51,053 bases of DNA, taken from positions 1 to 51,053 of IMG/VR virus record IMGVR_UViG_3300017778_004680; one strand, given 5' to 3'. A program made the translations under genes and the position numbers. How positions within the stretch are numbered: the first letter of the stretch is position 1; the number at the start of each line of letters is the position of its first letter. Source of the stretch: a virus. Its lineage: Duplodnaviria; Caudoviricetes. A model generated the notes under the pieces. The model saw only the letters and a list, made by a program, of their open reading frames with translations. It ran no database searches and was not told where the DNA came from. Below, piece by piece: positions 12,001 to 17,938 of this stretch.

Positions 12001-13955
12001 GGGTCTTTGGCCAGTGTACCATTGTTCCAAAGACGTTGATTGGCACGAAATTCAATAATGGGTCGTCGTGCTCGTTGATCATTGTTGACCACTGGAGAGC
12101 TACCATTGATTTCCGCAGTGTAGTTAATAACATCAACATGGAACCAGCGATTACTACGGCTCCAGGCGTTACGATCTGCACTGGCACGATTTTGTGTAAG
12201 ATAGTCAGGAATTAGCGGGGCATTTAGGCTGGCATCAAATGCCCCAATATCATATGCTGTGCTATCATAAGGTGTTACTGCACTCTTGGTATAAGTTTCA
12301 GGAGTGACCATTGCACTTGCAGGAATTAAACAAATACCATTACCTTCGGCTGCGCCTGCAACTGGATCTTGTGGTATGGCGGCACCTGTGGGCCCGCCAA
12401 GACCTGGGTTGAGCAAACTCTCTTCTATTGTGTCATAAATGTATTGATGATACACAGTGGTACTATGCATCAAACCAGTCATTTTTTGTCCTTGGTGAGT
12501 ATGAAATGCACCAAAGTAGGCTTCGCCATTAATAAATCCAACTCTGGCAGTGATACCCGGACCTGTGCCTACACCTTCAACATAGTATTCAAGATTTTGA
12601 AATTGTGCTGGTGTTGCCGCACCGCGGAATTGCACTTTAAGCCCGTTGGTAAACACAACACCATTGGGACTGGTGTAATTCTTGGCGCCAATAATTTCAT
12701 TAATGTCAATTGGCAATGTGACTGTGGAATCAACTAATCGAATTTGTCCAAAAAGTTCTGGATTTGCACTGTCTTGATAGTATAGTACATCTTGTGCCGC
12801 AGTAAGCAACGGAATTTGTTCAAAATATCCTGATGCGTCTTTGTAAAATTGTGTAGAGCTGTAGGTTTCACCGTAAAGAATGCGGAAGCGTCTAAGATTA
12901 GGTACCGATAAAATGCTCTCTAATTGCATGTATGGCAACCCATTGATACCGGTTACATAGTTAATTCTCCAAACACTGTAGCGTTGACTTTGCATGGTAA
13001 TATCAACCACTGTGCTGTCATCGGTGATGATTTGCCAACCGCCGGCTTCGGCACCTTGAATGGTGTTTGTAAAAACAATTGTTCTTCCACTTAGTTGAGT
13101 AATTCCGTCAATGCCAGTTGGATATTGCGCTAAAAAATCTGCCACATAAACATTATTGACTTGGCTAAACTTGATAGTAGGTGTTACTAAATCAACTGGG
13201 GTTATCTCAACAAGATTATAATAAAAGTCCTGCGTTGTTTTTAGTGGAACATAAAATTCCACAGTGCCTTGGTCTTCACCATTGTTAACTACACCATACA
13301 CATCACGGCTGCTGACATTTGGTGTTGCAGGCAACCGGCCACTGATGCCAGGCGCTGCCTGTATCCAGAAATTGTAACCCACTTGGTTAACATTAAAAGA
13401 GTAGTTGCCACCACGAGCCAATGTAATTGTGGGATTGGTTCCAGCCACACCTGAAAAAGCATAGCTAATGTCAGTGCGTGTGACATCAAAACTATCACTC
13501 AACGGAACTGCTTCTACTGCAACGTCAACTGATTCAGGGCCGCCTGGTAACCAATAATATTGACTGTAGTTTACAAATTTATCTAAGTCACAGAATGGAT
13601 CCCATGAGTAATATTCACTTTCCCACAAACGATCCTGATGTGTCACATCGCCATTTTGTAATGCCAATGAATCTATAAATCCTGGATAGGTAATAGTATC
13701 TTGAACTTGTGTGGTGTTAGGTTTTAAAAACGTTACACCTGGTTCAAGTTGATAGTTACTGCGAGTTGTTGTTGGCTCTACTACATAGTTGTTTGCAGGA
13801 TTAACGCCAGGACCAACACGTCGGCCAACAAAGCTTTGTGTGCGTTTGAGGTTGGGCTCTTGAGTTAATTGATCAAGTGTTGCTGCAAGAAATTTTTTGT
13901 TTGTGTCTGTACGAAAAATTTCTGGTAAGAGATCTATTGTCCTACGTGATGCCAT
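3..13955 (-). CDS. Giant virion structural protein, probably baseplate wedge gp7-like with multiple appended domains; >=4651 aa, 3'-truncated by the window edge
   Basis: ATG at 13955-13953 overlaps the TAA of the upstream gp6-like gene (TAATG). Reads MASRRTIDLLPEIFRTDTNKKFLAATLDQL... and the same frame gives ...GFFGLATINGERIAYRYRDTVANTISG at positions 3-85. Internal segments I translated (~460, 1800, 2640, 2930, 4500-7240, 12250) read as coherent protein. The ORF track lists no closed ORF from this start, implying no internal stop. Position directly after gp6 suggests gp7-like. Confidence 0.85.
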   Translation of the reverse strand, partial: MASRRTIDLLPEIFRTDTNKKFLAATLDQLTQEPNLKRTQSFVGRRVGPGVNPANNYVVEPTTTRSNYQLEPGVTFLKPNTTQVQDTITYPGFIDSLALQNGDVTHQDRLWESEYYSWDPFCDLDKFVNYSQYYWLPGGPESVDVAVEAVPLSDSFDVTRTDISYAFSGVAGTNPTITLARGGNYSFNVNQVGYNFWIQAAPGISGRLPATPNVSSRDVYGVVNNGEDQGTVEFYVPLKTTQDFYYNLVEITPVDLVTPTIKFSQVNNVYVADFLAQYPTGIDGITQLSGRTIVFTNTIQGAEAGGWQIITDDSTVVDITMQSQRYSVWRINYVTGINGLPYMQLESILSVPNLRRFRILYGETYSSTQFYKDASGYFEQIPLLTAAQDVLYYQDSANPELFGQIRLVDSTVTLPIDINEIIGAKNYTSPNGVVFTNGLKVQFRGAATPAQFQNLEYYVEGVGTGPGITARVGFINGEAYFGAFHTHQGQKMTGLMHSTTVYHQYIYDTIEESLLNPGLGGPTGAAIPQDPVAGAAEGNGICLIPASAMVTPETYTKSAVTPYDSTAYDIGAFDASLNAPLIPDYLTQNRASADRNAWSRSNRWFHVDVINYTAEINGSSPVVNNDQRARRPIIEFRANQRLWNNGTLAKDPVNVIDFSQTDALSNINGQIGYGVDGYTFLEGTRVIFAADRDPQVRNRIYQVTFIDPINSGTLVIDLVPTLDSAPLIEETVVSINGAIQRGQTHWFDGVTWQLAQQKSGVNQAPLFNVYDNNGYSFGDRTIYPSSTFIGSKLFGYADGGNLTLDPVLGLSLQYLNINNVGDIVFDNYFYNDTFVYVKNSTSSELNISTGFVRQYIDRISFSDLLGWQTAAAQNRSRQVFQFTYTGSTLTLDVPVDVDSIYPPIQIYVEGLFIDPGNYTYNIVGSTTVITFTTQPVVGTIIEVQVISNQASSIGYYQVPLNLENNAVNGNSAEFTLGTVRTHYESIGQNLRGIQGPINGANNSRDLGNILPYGIEIVQHSSPLVLPGVFLRRQQYELFNSLNYNNQEYNKYKALLLDLASRGDFVNSTSTQVLDAVTQEISIGRNELFPFYWSDMLPAGETYNQLNYTVTPISTGTFDLTQVYDFTSSNFQSVLVYLNGEILTRGPEYTVTDGAATVVLSVALTTGDIVAIREYPTTYGSFVPNTPTKMGLYPAWEPVIYIDESYLEPTQVIRGHDGSITVAFGDYRDQVLLEFETRIYNNLKIVSPIPLDVADVVPGQFRTTDYTLDEINNILLPDFLSWIGWNKLDYTAQTYLAGDPFTYNYSQSGDRLTKQPLLGAWRGIYNYFYDTTTPNTTPWEMLGFSEEPSWWQEQYGSAPYTSGNLVLWEDLEAGLIADPINPRIDPRYARPGLTQVIPSGDEGQLLDPLDAVVGNFDSTSFRRSWAFGDDGPVESAWRTSSAWPFAVMRLLALTKPAQFFNLFVDRDRYVYDDALEQYLWDQRYRIVPENIQPLYGNGVSRASYINWIIDYNRQRGVDSSQLLANTLHSLNVQLCWRLASFSDKRYLKIYTERSTPTGQNASLLLPDESYQLLLYQNSPLESSTYSSVIVQTTSDGWAVLGYNSQASYFEILASRPTGVTITISAGGSAERVPVEYTNTVVRVPYGFVFTNRAALCDFLMSYGELLTQRGFTFEGTENGYIMNWTQMAQEFLYWSNQGWTSGSIINLNPGATRISITRPGVVAESLSPPRLDSIILNQNSQAIPPGNLVIDRFENTLRVTSLNADTINYLNVRFTAFEHVMVLDNRSIFADLIYDPVTGARQSRVLVSGWLSGDWNGTVNAPGFVLNQDNIQEWMPNRKYTKGDIVLFKDQYWSAGTIIQPSAKFDYSVWIKSDYADIQKGLLPNSPNASDQLSLSYSVYNANLETEVDLFSYGLIGFRPRQYMAALNLDDVSQVQLYQQFLGSKGTRPAAEIFTFADLGKEVAQYDIYEYWAMLRSTYGANANRSFFEVLLEAAKLESNPSLVQIIQPNTESQADQTVFVSDILKSNYKITSPNILPTTLNTPDNSLPGAGYVDIDDVDITVFDLSDNNVLAAQLDTIGVDTSIWVARVNTYDWTVYRAEKVPGTIVKVEDNLESASIATFNQAHGLTAGNTLIIKYFSNDINGVYQVLAVPTITTVVIDYTFSGFQTAETGVGLGLTLQPSRVQQPADVSILPYADQLLPGVMAWVDNDGTGHWIVLEKTDPFVETATLVPKAPEPYSQYGTTVAQGLSNLSALVGAPNYNPSNSASAPGIVYSYVKNDRDIYEQNSLLTLNTTDTTGYGNAVDIGDQSWAVIGASQSNSNQGYVTTIYVKPGSNFFEQRQLLVAPDQDFANGEFGYAVVMSMNERWMYISAPGLNRVHAYNRVDVEQQSVEYLTSSTVISYNWSNYIVADYTKPDQISVVLDNVLLTYATDYTVTPTNITLFGAPSDNKLLTISRRNVVQLDQALVLGVTATTTGPGSGAEFTVNNVRGVYTINLTAAGIDYNVSDILTINQDTVATSDAIPPAPIVTSYVSGAGVTITVANTTGIMPGMIVVGTGFTQGQYVEVVPNGTQLVLNQSPNGAASGALTFSYNIQVFVTEVNVLTGAIVDFTVSGGTGVTTQTEYNITNYLATVTDIYSFSVKVDNVLQRPKMDYDFNSDSSIVDPMILVFTTVPPAGAVITVSSESYFNYVGTLPTTGLGLVGGERFGQSIACDQDGSQVTVGCPGKDNNTGVVYIFDRNTQRFIVDNSTQTEYQTIQDLEIPGFISVTQNGVVMIPSGLNINGQYTVDVTDPADQFVNITSTLNVGDVIEISTNQFTLLKTIESVLPAEGNQFGSKLDQCPTDYGVYIASPFDSSIQEEAGSVEFYQNQTEVYGSITSTIASPVLTAGEYIRLDNTYVELTGTTISALVDDIVAAQVPNITATLTPNLTLEGDGSTKIFDVGSIYSSAASVTSTVVYVNGVLQNYGSEYTYNSSTQQIIFTTAPYNTSNILVVSGRIIISVENFSASVPGNRLKVLPGTGTLFADLGMNSYAYTQTIVSPVPQKFAHFGQGLYISENTTTLIVGAPNGSMIRATTFDLDQTVFDSDSTSFSDTTLNSGAVYSFDALSAVNASVDNPKQFVFGQQFTNNNLQSLDQFGTAVDYTTGILLVGTPGYDRGDSSGANFGQVLQYHNLDNLPAWQIKRRQQPAVDISLMDTVFMYDRVSGNTKQYFDYFDPLQGTVLGVVRQNLDFIGGVNPAAYNVGPLNNYGVKWGEERVGQIWWDTNNVRFIDPHQSIGIDTSDIVYASRRWGQLFPGSTVDMYQWIVSDVAPANYTGPGMPKDITSYVISSSLSDQGFVTTQYYFWVTGISTVNTAARKTLSIDTLRNYIENPRASGIAYIAPINSSTIAIYNGLQYISADDTIFHIEFDKQFTEAAVHVEYQLIPQGRADGFLNDTLYRKMLDSFTGSDTTGNPVPDPFLSPTNQYGVEFRPRQSMFVNRFLALKNYLGQANTVLAQFPIVETRSLALLNSYDPEPAASTGAWDKRVANLEELSYQNLDAVSLGYKYLVSSDSNNNGLWTIYQVAAIGTLLGEVGLNLIRVQNYDTRNYWSTIDWYSPSYNQYTRISLEVPNESALETITVAEGSAVKVIANAQGKWEIYLYSSGTWTRVGLQNGTVEFSTVLWDYAAGRFGFDSEVFDAQYYDQSPIVETRKIIEAINQELLIGDLLIERNNLLMLIFNYILSEQQAPNWLIKTSLIDVDHTIRDLVPFQIYRRDNQDFVLDYINEVKPYHVQIREFNLKYQGLDRYLGSLTDYDLPAYYDPLQRLFVSPVLDNTGTLSTTSSVPSTSPIWQTFPYNQWFQNYLLSIESVTIVSSGSGYAVAPEVVVTGSCLRQAVMTARINSAGEVVEITVLDAGVGYSETATITFDSGSGSGALAVAVMGNDQVRNIVTTIKYDRYQYASTVQEWVPNVNYDNGDQVRYANIVWAANSDDSTGVRSATFDPTQWVKVDAATLSGVDRTMGFYTPTVNQPGLDLAQLISGVDYPGVQVDAPDFDQNTGFDVGNFDVNPYDNISYGPEGAPTYDPAILDAIYESNFVDPFLGTLPTSINVDGGAFVDTYESHAPEELVPGITYDTLDFRVYTTPGADWSDDGHGFPMGQRKFEYDPASPELDFTGVLTYPVQVRVFNQTTGVELSLDIDYTVDWVNFVVTMLSSNGAGDIIAVVAYALGGGNQTYTNSYVGTDFVDNAVIIPYPYALITDFAIFANGVQVNGSDSSISGIITYTASAEGTGYTLIQFSGAYTAADRITITALGNTTNTGWSTPVTQYILSDGSLSYTLTNSVQGTNPVNAIVNKNGVRARPSQGIGYTGNGSQVTYALPDRGGYDQALIGGNDVSVYINNVAQTLGVNFVLDPYDGSTVRSVTLTTAPAVGATVLISVRTKAQYWIVGNTITFQPAQGLIPVLGDVITITTFNDTAEQNMITHVFVGPTTQGTQIAEGYDYTLYDEGTIPGALGSFDYSTGIIVSSNTFDIEQTILSPERLVVTLDGSYLFPDTGYTVSGNVVTVLGTVISTAQSVAITSLAQEVVPSAMAFRIFQDMRGQQTTYRITPSTTATVIQAVLATDDIIYVDNANALAQPNLPNGFFGLATINGERIAYRYRDTVANTISG

Positions 13956-16900
13956 TAATAATATCCTCCACCACTACTATTGCTACCACTACTAGTTGTG
14001 ACACTTGTTGTCAACGGTTCAGTTCCAGTCTGACTGATAGTTGAGCCTGCGGCTCCTATAGTGGTCACTGGGTACAGTCCAGATACGGTTGTTTGACTGC
14101 GTATGTTGCTTTGTGTCAATGCATCAATAACTTCAACGTCGGCCACTGTGGCTGCACTGACAAATATTTCGCTAGGGGCTGAACGGATTTCATACAAGTC
14201 GCCAAACGTTTTTAAAGGGTTTAGTGGTACCAGCACTACTGAACTTATGATTGATCCCAGCTGTCTGTGCAAGTATGCAGCCAGTTCTGAGAAAAAGAAG
14301 TTGTCTCCAAAATCCCATTTGTCAATACTAAAATAACTGTTGATGTTGGCTATAACCTGACTTTTGATTTCGGTATCCGACACTACTGTGTTTTGTGCTC
14401 GCACAACTTTGATAGTTGCACGTAATTCAGCTGGTGCCTTGGCTCCAAATAGTGGCTTAAACACAACTGAGTTTAGTACAATATTGTCACTTATCATTTT
14501 ATAATCATTCAACCCTGAGTAAGCAGTAGAAAGTTCAGCAATAGTTGGCGGTGCTGGTTCAGCAACTGTGCCTGTGGTATCTTTAATATAATTTTGATAT
14601 TCGGTATAGTAGCTGTTGGTCACTAGATACATATCAATAATGTTTGTAACGCCAGGATCAATAATATTTGTCAATGGGCTGTTATGCCGATATTGGAATC
14701 CCAGGCCACCGCGCCCAACTAGTGTTTTATAATCAGTGCGCTCGGTCAACGTGCGTTGTAAAATACCATTTATAATGGTTATCACAAGCTCGTAAAACAA
14801 TCCGCTTTGATATGCATAAAAAATTTGTCCGTTGACAAATTCGCTTTTGACAACTTCAATTGCATCTTTAGTAGCAAACGAACTATTAACCACGCCCGGA
14901 TCTAATGGCAAATATCTTTCAAGGTCGTCAAAGTCAGTCACTTGTTGGAAAAACACCCAAGGAGATGTTGCAGTAGGTGTTGTGGGAACTATGCCAACAA
15001 TTTCATCAAAGAAATCTGGGTTATCGGCAATGCCGTCGGCGTCGCTGTCTCGGAAGCTAATAAGAACTTCGTAGTCATTGACAAATCCGTCACTTTGAAT
15101 TGGTTGTCCGATGATATCTGTTGTGATGTCAGATGGTAACGGTACGTTACTATCTGGTCTAGAGTTGGTTTTTAATACTCTAACAAAATCATTGATGACT
15201 AAACCAGTTTTGCTGTCATATACTTCACCGCTACCACCATAGAAGAAACGAGTTTGTAGAACTGATGCAAATTTATAATCTAGTCCTCGAGTTATCACAA
15301 CATAGCTTTCGCCGTCGGTTGTGAATTGTACCAGCCATGACGCATCAAGATTTAAGCCTTGTGTGTTCTGAGCATAGCTGCGACTAAATGACGCATCTTG
15401 TGCTAGGTTAGTACTGGTAATCAAATACCAAGTGGCAGTGAGATTGTTATAACCTAATCCAAAATTACGATACAATTCAATTTGTTGTATCATGCTTTGT
15501 TCTAAACTGGTGGGCAAATTATCAACAAATTTAGGAATTACAACATCAGCCAATGCGCCCGTGGGCACAAAATTATTCAAAGTTACTGGTCCAGTGCCGT
15601 CTGGTAAATTACCAGCCCCTTGAGAAGTACCTTCTAGTATTACTGCAGATACTGCGGCCCAGATCACTAGTTTTTCATCAGCTCGTGTTGGAGTGCCAGT
15701 TTGAAGTCTGTTGGTTGCATCAAAATATTTGCCAGCCGGTGGAATAAATTTAATCAAACTTCCCACAGTAACGTACTGAGCATTATTGCTAGTATATGGG
15801 CCAATACTCAATGGTGATGACGCATTGTTTTGATAGAAGTAGCCGGTGGTTTCATTTACTAAACTAGTGCTCTGACTCCAGCCAGCATTTAACACTGTGA
15901 GAGGTGGTCTTGGGAAGTTGCCAAGTTTGTAGTAAAACTGCAACATGCTTCTACCAGCAACCGTGGGTTCTACTGAGTTGACAATCACATCTACAATTTC
16001 ATTTCGTGTGGCCCAAGCAAAATCAAAACTTGGCAAAACATTTTCACGATAGATTGCACCGTCACTGGCAAAAATGTTTGTGCTGGAATATTTTCCAGTG
16101 ATGTCTGTAAGATCAATATAGCGACTTGTGCCGGTGGAACTACGTGCTAATGCCTTGCTCTTGATAATAGAGTTATACAATGTAAACGGGAAGTTGTTGT
16201 AATCTTCTCCGTTGACCATGCGATTTTGCGTGTAGTAACGTGCAGGAGCACGTTGTTTAATTTCGTCAATTGATTCACGTGCTTGTGCATTAGTAACTGG
16301 TGTTGTAATACCACATGTAAACGTGATAGTTTCCAGTCGACCTGCTCGGCTAATGTAGCTGATAGGTACAACAATATTTTGCATTTCCTCAGGATTGATA
16401 ATGTATTGCAATCCGTTAGAAGCACGTACATAAGTGCGGAACAATCCAACTGGAACACTGGAGAATACGCCATCACCAAAGGTCAAAGTAATTTGATCAT
16501 TGGCACGACTTGTGATACTATAGAGTTCACGTTGGTCAGGAGCCAGTTGTTCAACTGCGCCGGCAAAAATATTGCTGACAAATTTCCATTCTGATGCAAC
16601 ACTGCCTAGTTCATCTAGTTTGTATAACCAGTGATCATTCTCGTTACACCCTTCAATGTTGATGTTGACTGTTCGGTTGGGAATAGCCTCAGACAAGTTA
16701 AAGTCTTGACTTTGCAATACACCTTGCTTGAACAAGAAAAAGAAACCAGTGTTGTCTGAACCAAATCCTTGACTATCATTACGGTACAAAATGTTAAATG
16801 CACCATTGGGCTGTGGTGGAGGTTCGTACACATATTCTCGACCAATGCTTGTGCCACTTACCACTTCAAACGGCATGTTAATGCCATCTACAATTGATGC

Positions 16901-17503
16901 ATACGGAATTACAGGAAGAAATCCAGGAATAAGATTTATGGTATATTCATCAGTACCAACTCCCAGGATAGTTTGCTTGTTGCCCGGACGGCCAAATTTT
17001 TGACTATCAACTAGTGCGGCATTGACGATGGCTGTGAACTGTTCGAGCCAACTGGGGTTGGTAGGATCATTCCAATTAACTGTGACGTTTGCTAGGTTAA
17101 TACTGTTGTAGTCAGTGACACTTTCAGTAGTTGATATTGAATTTACTTTGATGTATCCCTGCGATTCTGTATTACGTTTGGGTGTGTAACTTACTAGATT
17201 GGCAAGACGCACAACCGAGTCTCTACGTTCAGCAGTGTCTAGAAAGTTTTCACGAGCATTTAAATCATTACGGAATGCAAGTGATTGGCCCATGAAAGCC
17301 ATAACATCAAGCAAGGCGATAAATTCACTTGATTCAATATAGTCGTTAAAGGTTTCTGGATAATAAAGACGTAAGTAGTCCACAAAACTCTTGCGTAGAG
17401 TTTCAAAATCGTAGGACTGGAAATCGGCTTCCCGGTAGGTTTGGTAGAGACGTTTCCAGTCCTCTACCCCAAATATTGCTGTTTGTCGTGTGGTCTTGGC
17501 CAT
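13955..17503 (-). CDS. Baseplate wedge subunit, T4 gp6-like (1182 aa)
   Basis: N-terminal DFQSYDFETLRKSFVDYLR..FNDYIESSEFIALLD..FLDTAERRDSVVRLANLVSY; ESIDEIKQRAPARYYTQNRMVNGEDY, typical of gp6/baseplate J; follows the gp25-like gene. Confidence 0.85.
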   Translation of the reverse strand: MAKTTRQTAIFGVEDWKRLYQTYREADFQSYDFETLRKSFVDYLRLYYPETFNDYIESSEFIALLDVMAFMGQSLAFRNDLNARENFLDTAERRDSVVRLANLVSYTPKRNTESQGYIKVNSISTTESVTDYNSINLANVTVNWNDPTNPSWLEQFTAIVNAALVDSQKFGRPGNKQTILGVGTDEYTINLIPGFLPVIPYASIVDGINMPFEVVSGTSIGREYVYEPPPQPNGAFNILYRNDSQGFGSDNTGFFFLFKQGVLQSQDFNLSEAIPNRTVNINIEGCNENDHWLYKLDELGSVASEWKFVSNIFAGAVEQLAPDQRELYSITSRANDQITLTFGDGVFSSVPVGLFRTYVRASNGLQYIINPEEMQNIVVPISYISRAGRLETITFTCGITTPVTNAQARESIDEIKQRAPARYYTQNRMVNGEDYNNFPFTLYNSIIKSKALARSSTGTSRYIDLTDITGKYSSTNIFASDGAIYRENVLPSFDFAWATRNEIVDVIVNSVEPTVAGRSMLQFYYKLGNFPRPPLTVLNAGWSQSTSLVNETTGYFYQNNASSPLSIGPYTSNNAQYVTVGSLIKFIPPAGKYFDATNRLQTGTPTRADEKLVIWAAVSAVILEGTSQGAGNLPDGTGPVTLNNFVPTGALADVVIPKFVDNLPTSLEQSMIQQIELYRNFGLGYNNLTATWYLITSTNLAQDASFSRSYAQNTQGLNLDASWLVQFTTDGESYVVITRGLDYKFASVLQTRFFYGGSGEVYDSKTGLVINDFVRVLKTNSRPDSNVPLPSDITTDIIGQPIQSDGFVNDYEVLISFRDSDADGIADNPDFFDEIVGIVPTTPTATSPWVFFQQVTDFDDLERYLPLDPGVVNSSFATKDAIEVVKSEFVNGQIFYAYQSGLFYELVITIINGILQRTLTERTDYKTLVGRGGLGFQYRHNSPLTNIIDPGVTNIIDMYLVTNSYYTEYQNYIKDTTGTVAEPAPPTIAELSTAYSGLNDYKMISDNIVLNSVVFKPLFGAKAPAELRATIKVVRAQNTVVSDTEIKSQVIANINSYFSIDKWDFGDNFFFSELAAYLHRQLGSIISSVVLVPLNPLKTFGDLYEIRSAPSEIFVSAATVADVEVIDALTQSNIRSQTTVSGLYPVTTIGAAGSTISQTGTEPLTTSVTTSSGSNSSGGGYY

Positions 17504-17521
17504 GATTACTCGCTGTTCGAG

Positions 17522-17529
17522 TATTTATG
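17522..17529 (-). promoter_or_regulatory. T4-type late promoter-like motif (CATAAATA)
   Basis: TAAATA core 19 nt upstream of the gp6-like start; the same core recurs before other structural genes. Confidence 0.55.
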
Positions 17530-17550
17530 TGGCAAATAAAGTACCGAGTT

Positions 17551-17925
17551 TTAGATAAAGCTTGCTCTGCGACTTTCCTGATCAAAGAAAATCGCCAGGC
17601 GTTCAGCCGTACTGCTGGATACAACTTGTACTTGAACTTCAATCAGTACACCGTTGTCTTGTGGGTATACTTGAGTATCAGAAATATATATTCTAGGATC
17701 TCCACCTGCCACACGCTGTACTTCAGCTAGTATTGACGCCATTGTTGTGGGTGTTTGATTTTCAAACACATAACTCCACAATGTGGTTCCATATCCTGGA
17801 CGTCCAGGTAATTCGCCCTGTTGTATGTTAAATGCGTTGGAAAGATCACGTTTTATCAGTTCAAAATCAGTAAGTGTGAACTTTTTAAATTGATCTATTG
17901 TGTTGAATCCAATGAATGTAGGCAT
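17551..17925 (-). CDS. Baseplate wedge protein gp25-like (GPW/gp25 family)
   Basis: LIKRDLSNAFNIQQGELPGRPGYGTTLWSYVFE...DPRI motif, 124 aa, located between gp5-like and gp6-like genes. Confidence 0.85.
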   Translation of the reverse strand: MPTFIGFNTIDQFKKFTLTDFELIKRDLSNAFNIQQGELPGRPGYGTTLWSYVFENQTPTTMASILAEVQRVAGGDPRIYISDTQVYPQDNGVLIEVQVQVVSSSTAERLAIFFDQESRRASFI

Positions 17926-17930
17926 GACTA

Positions 17931-17938
17931 TATTTATG
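17931..17938 (-). promoter_or_regulatory. Late promoter-like motif (CATAAATA)
   Basis: TAAATA core overlapping the gp5-like stop, 5 nt upstream of the gp25-like ATG. Confidence 0.45.

Noticed and set aside
568-13498. Many short ORFs in the track across 0.5-13.5 kb
   Set aside because: Shadow or alternate-frame ORFs inside the giant minus-strand gene; no motifs
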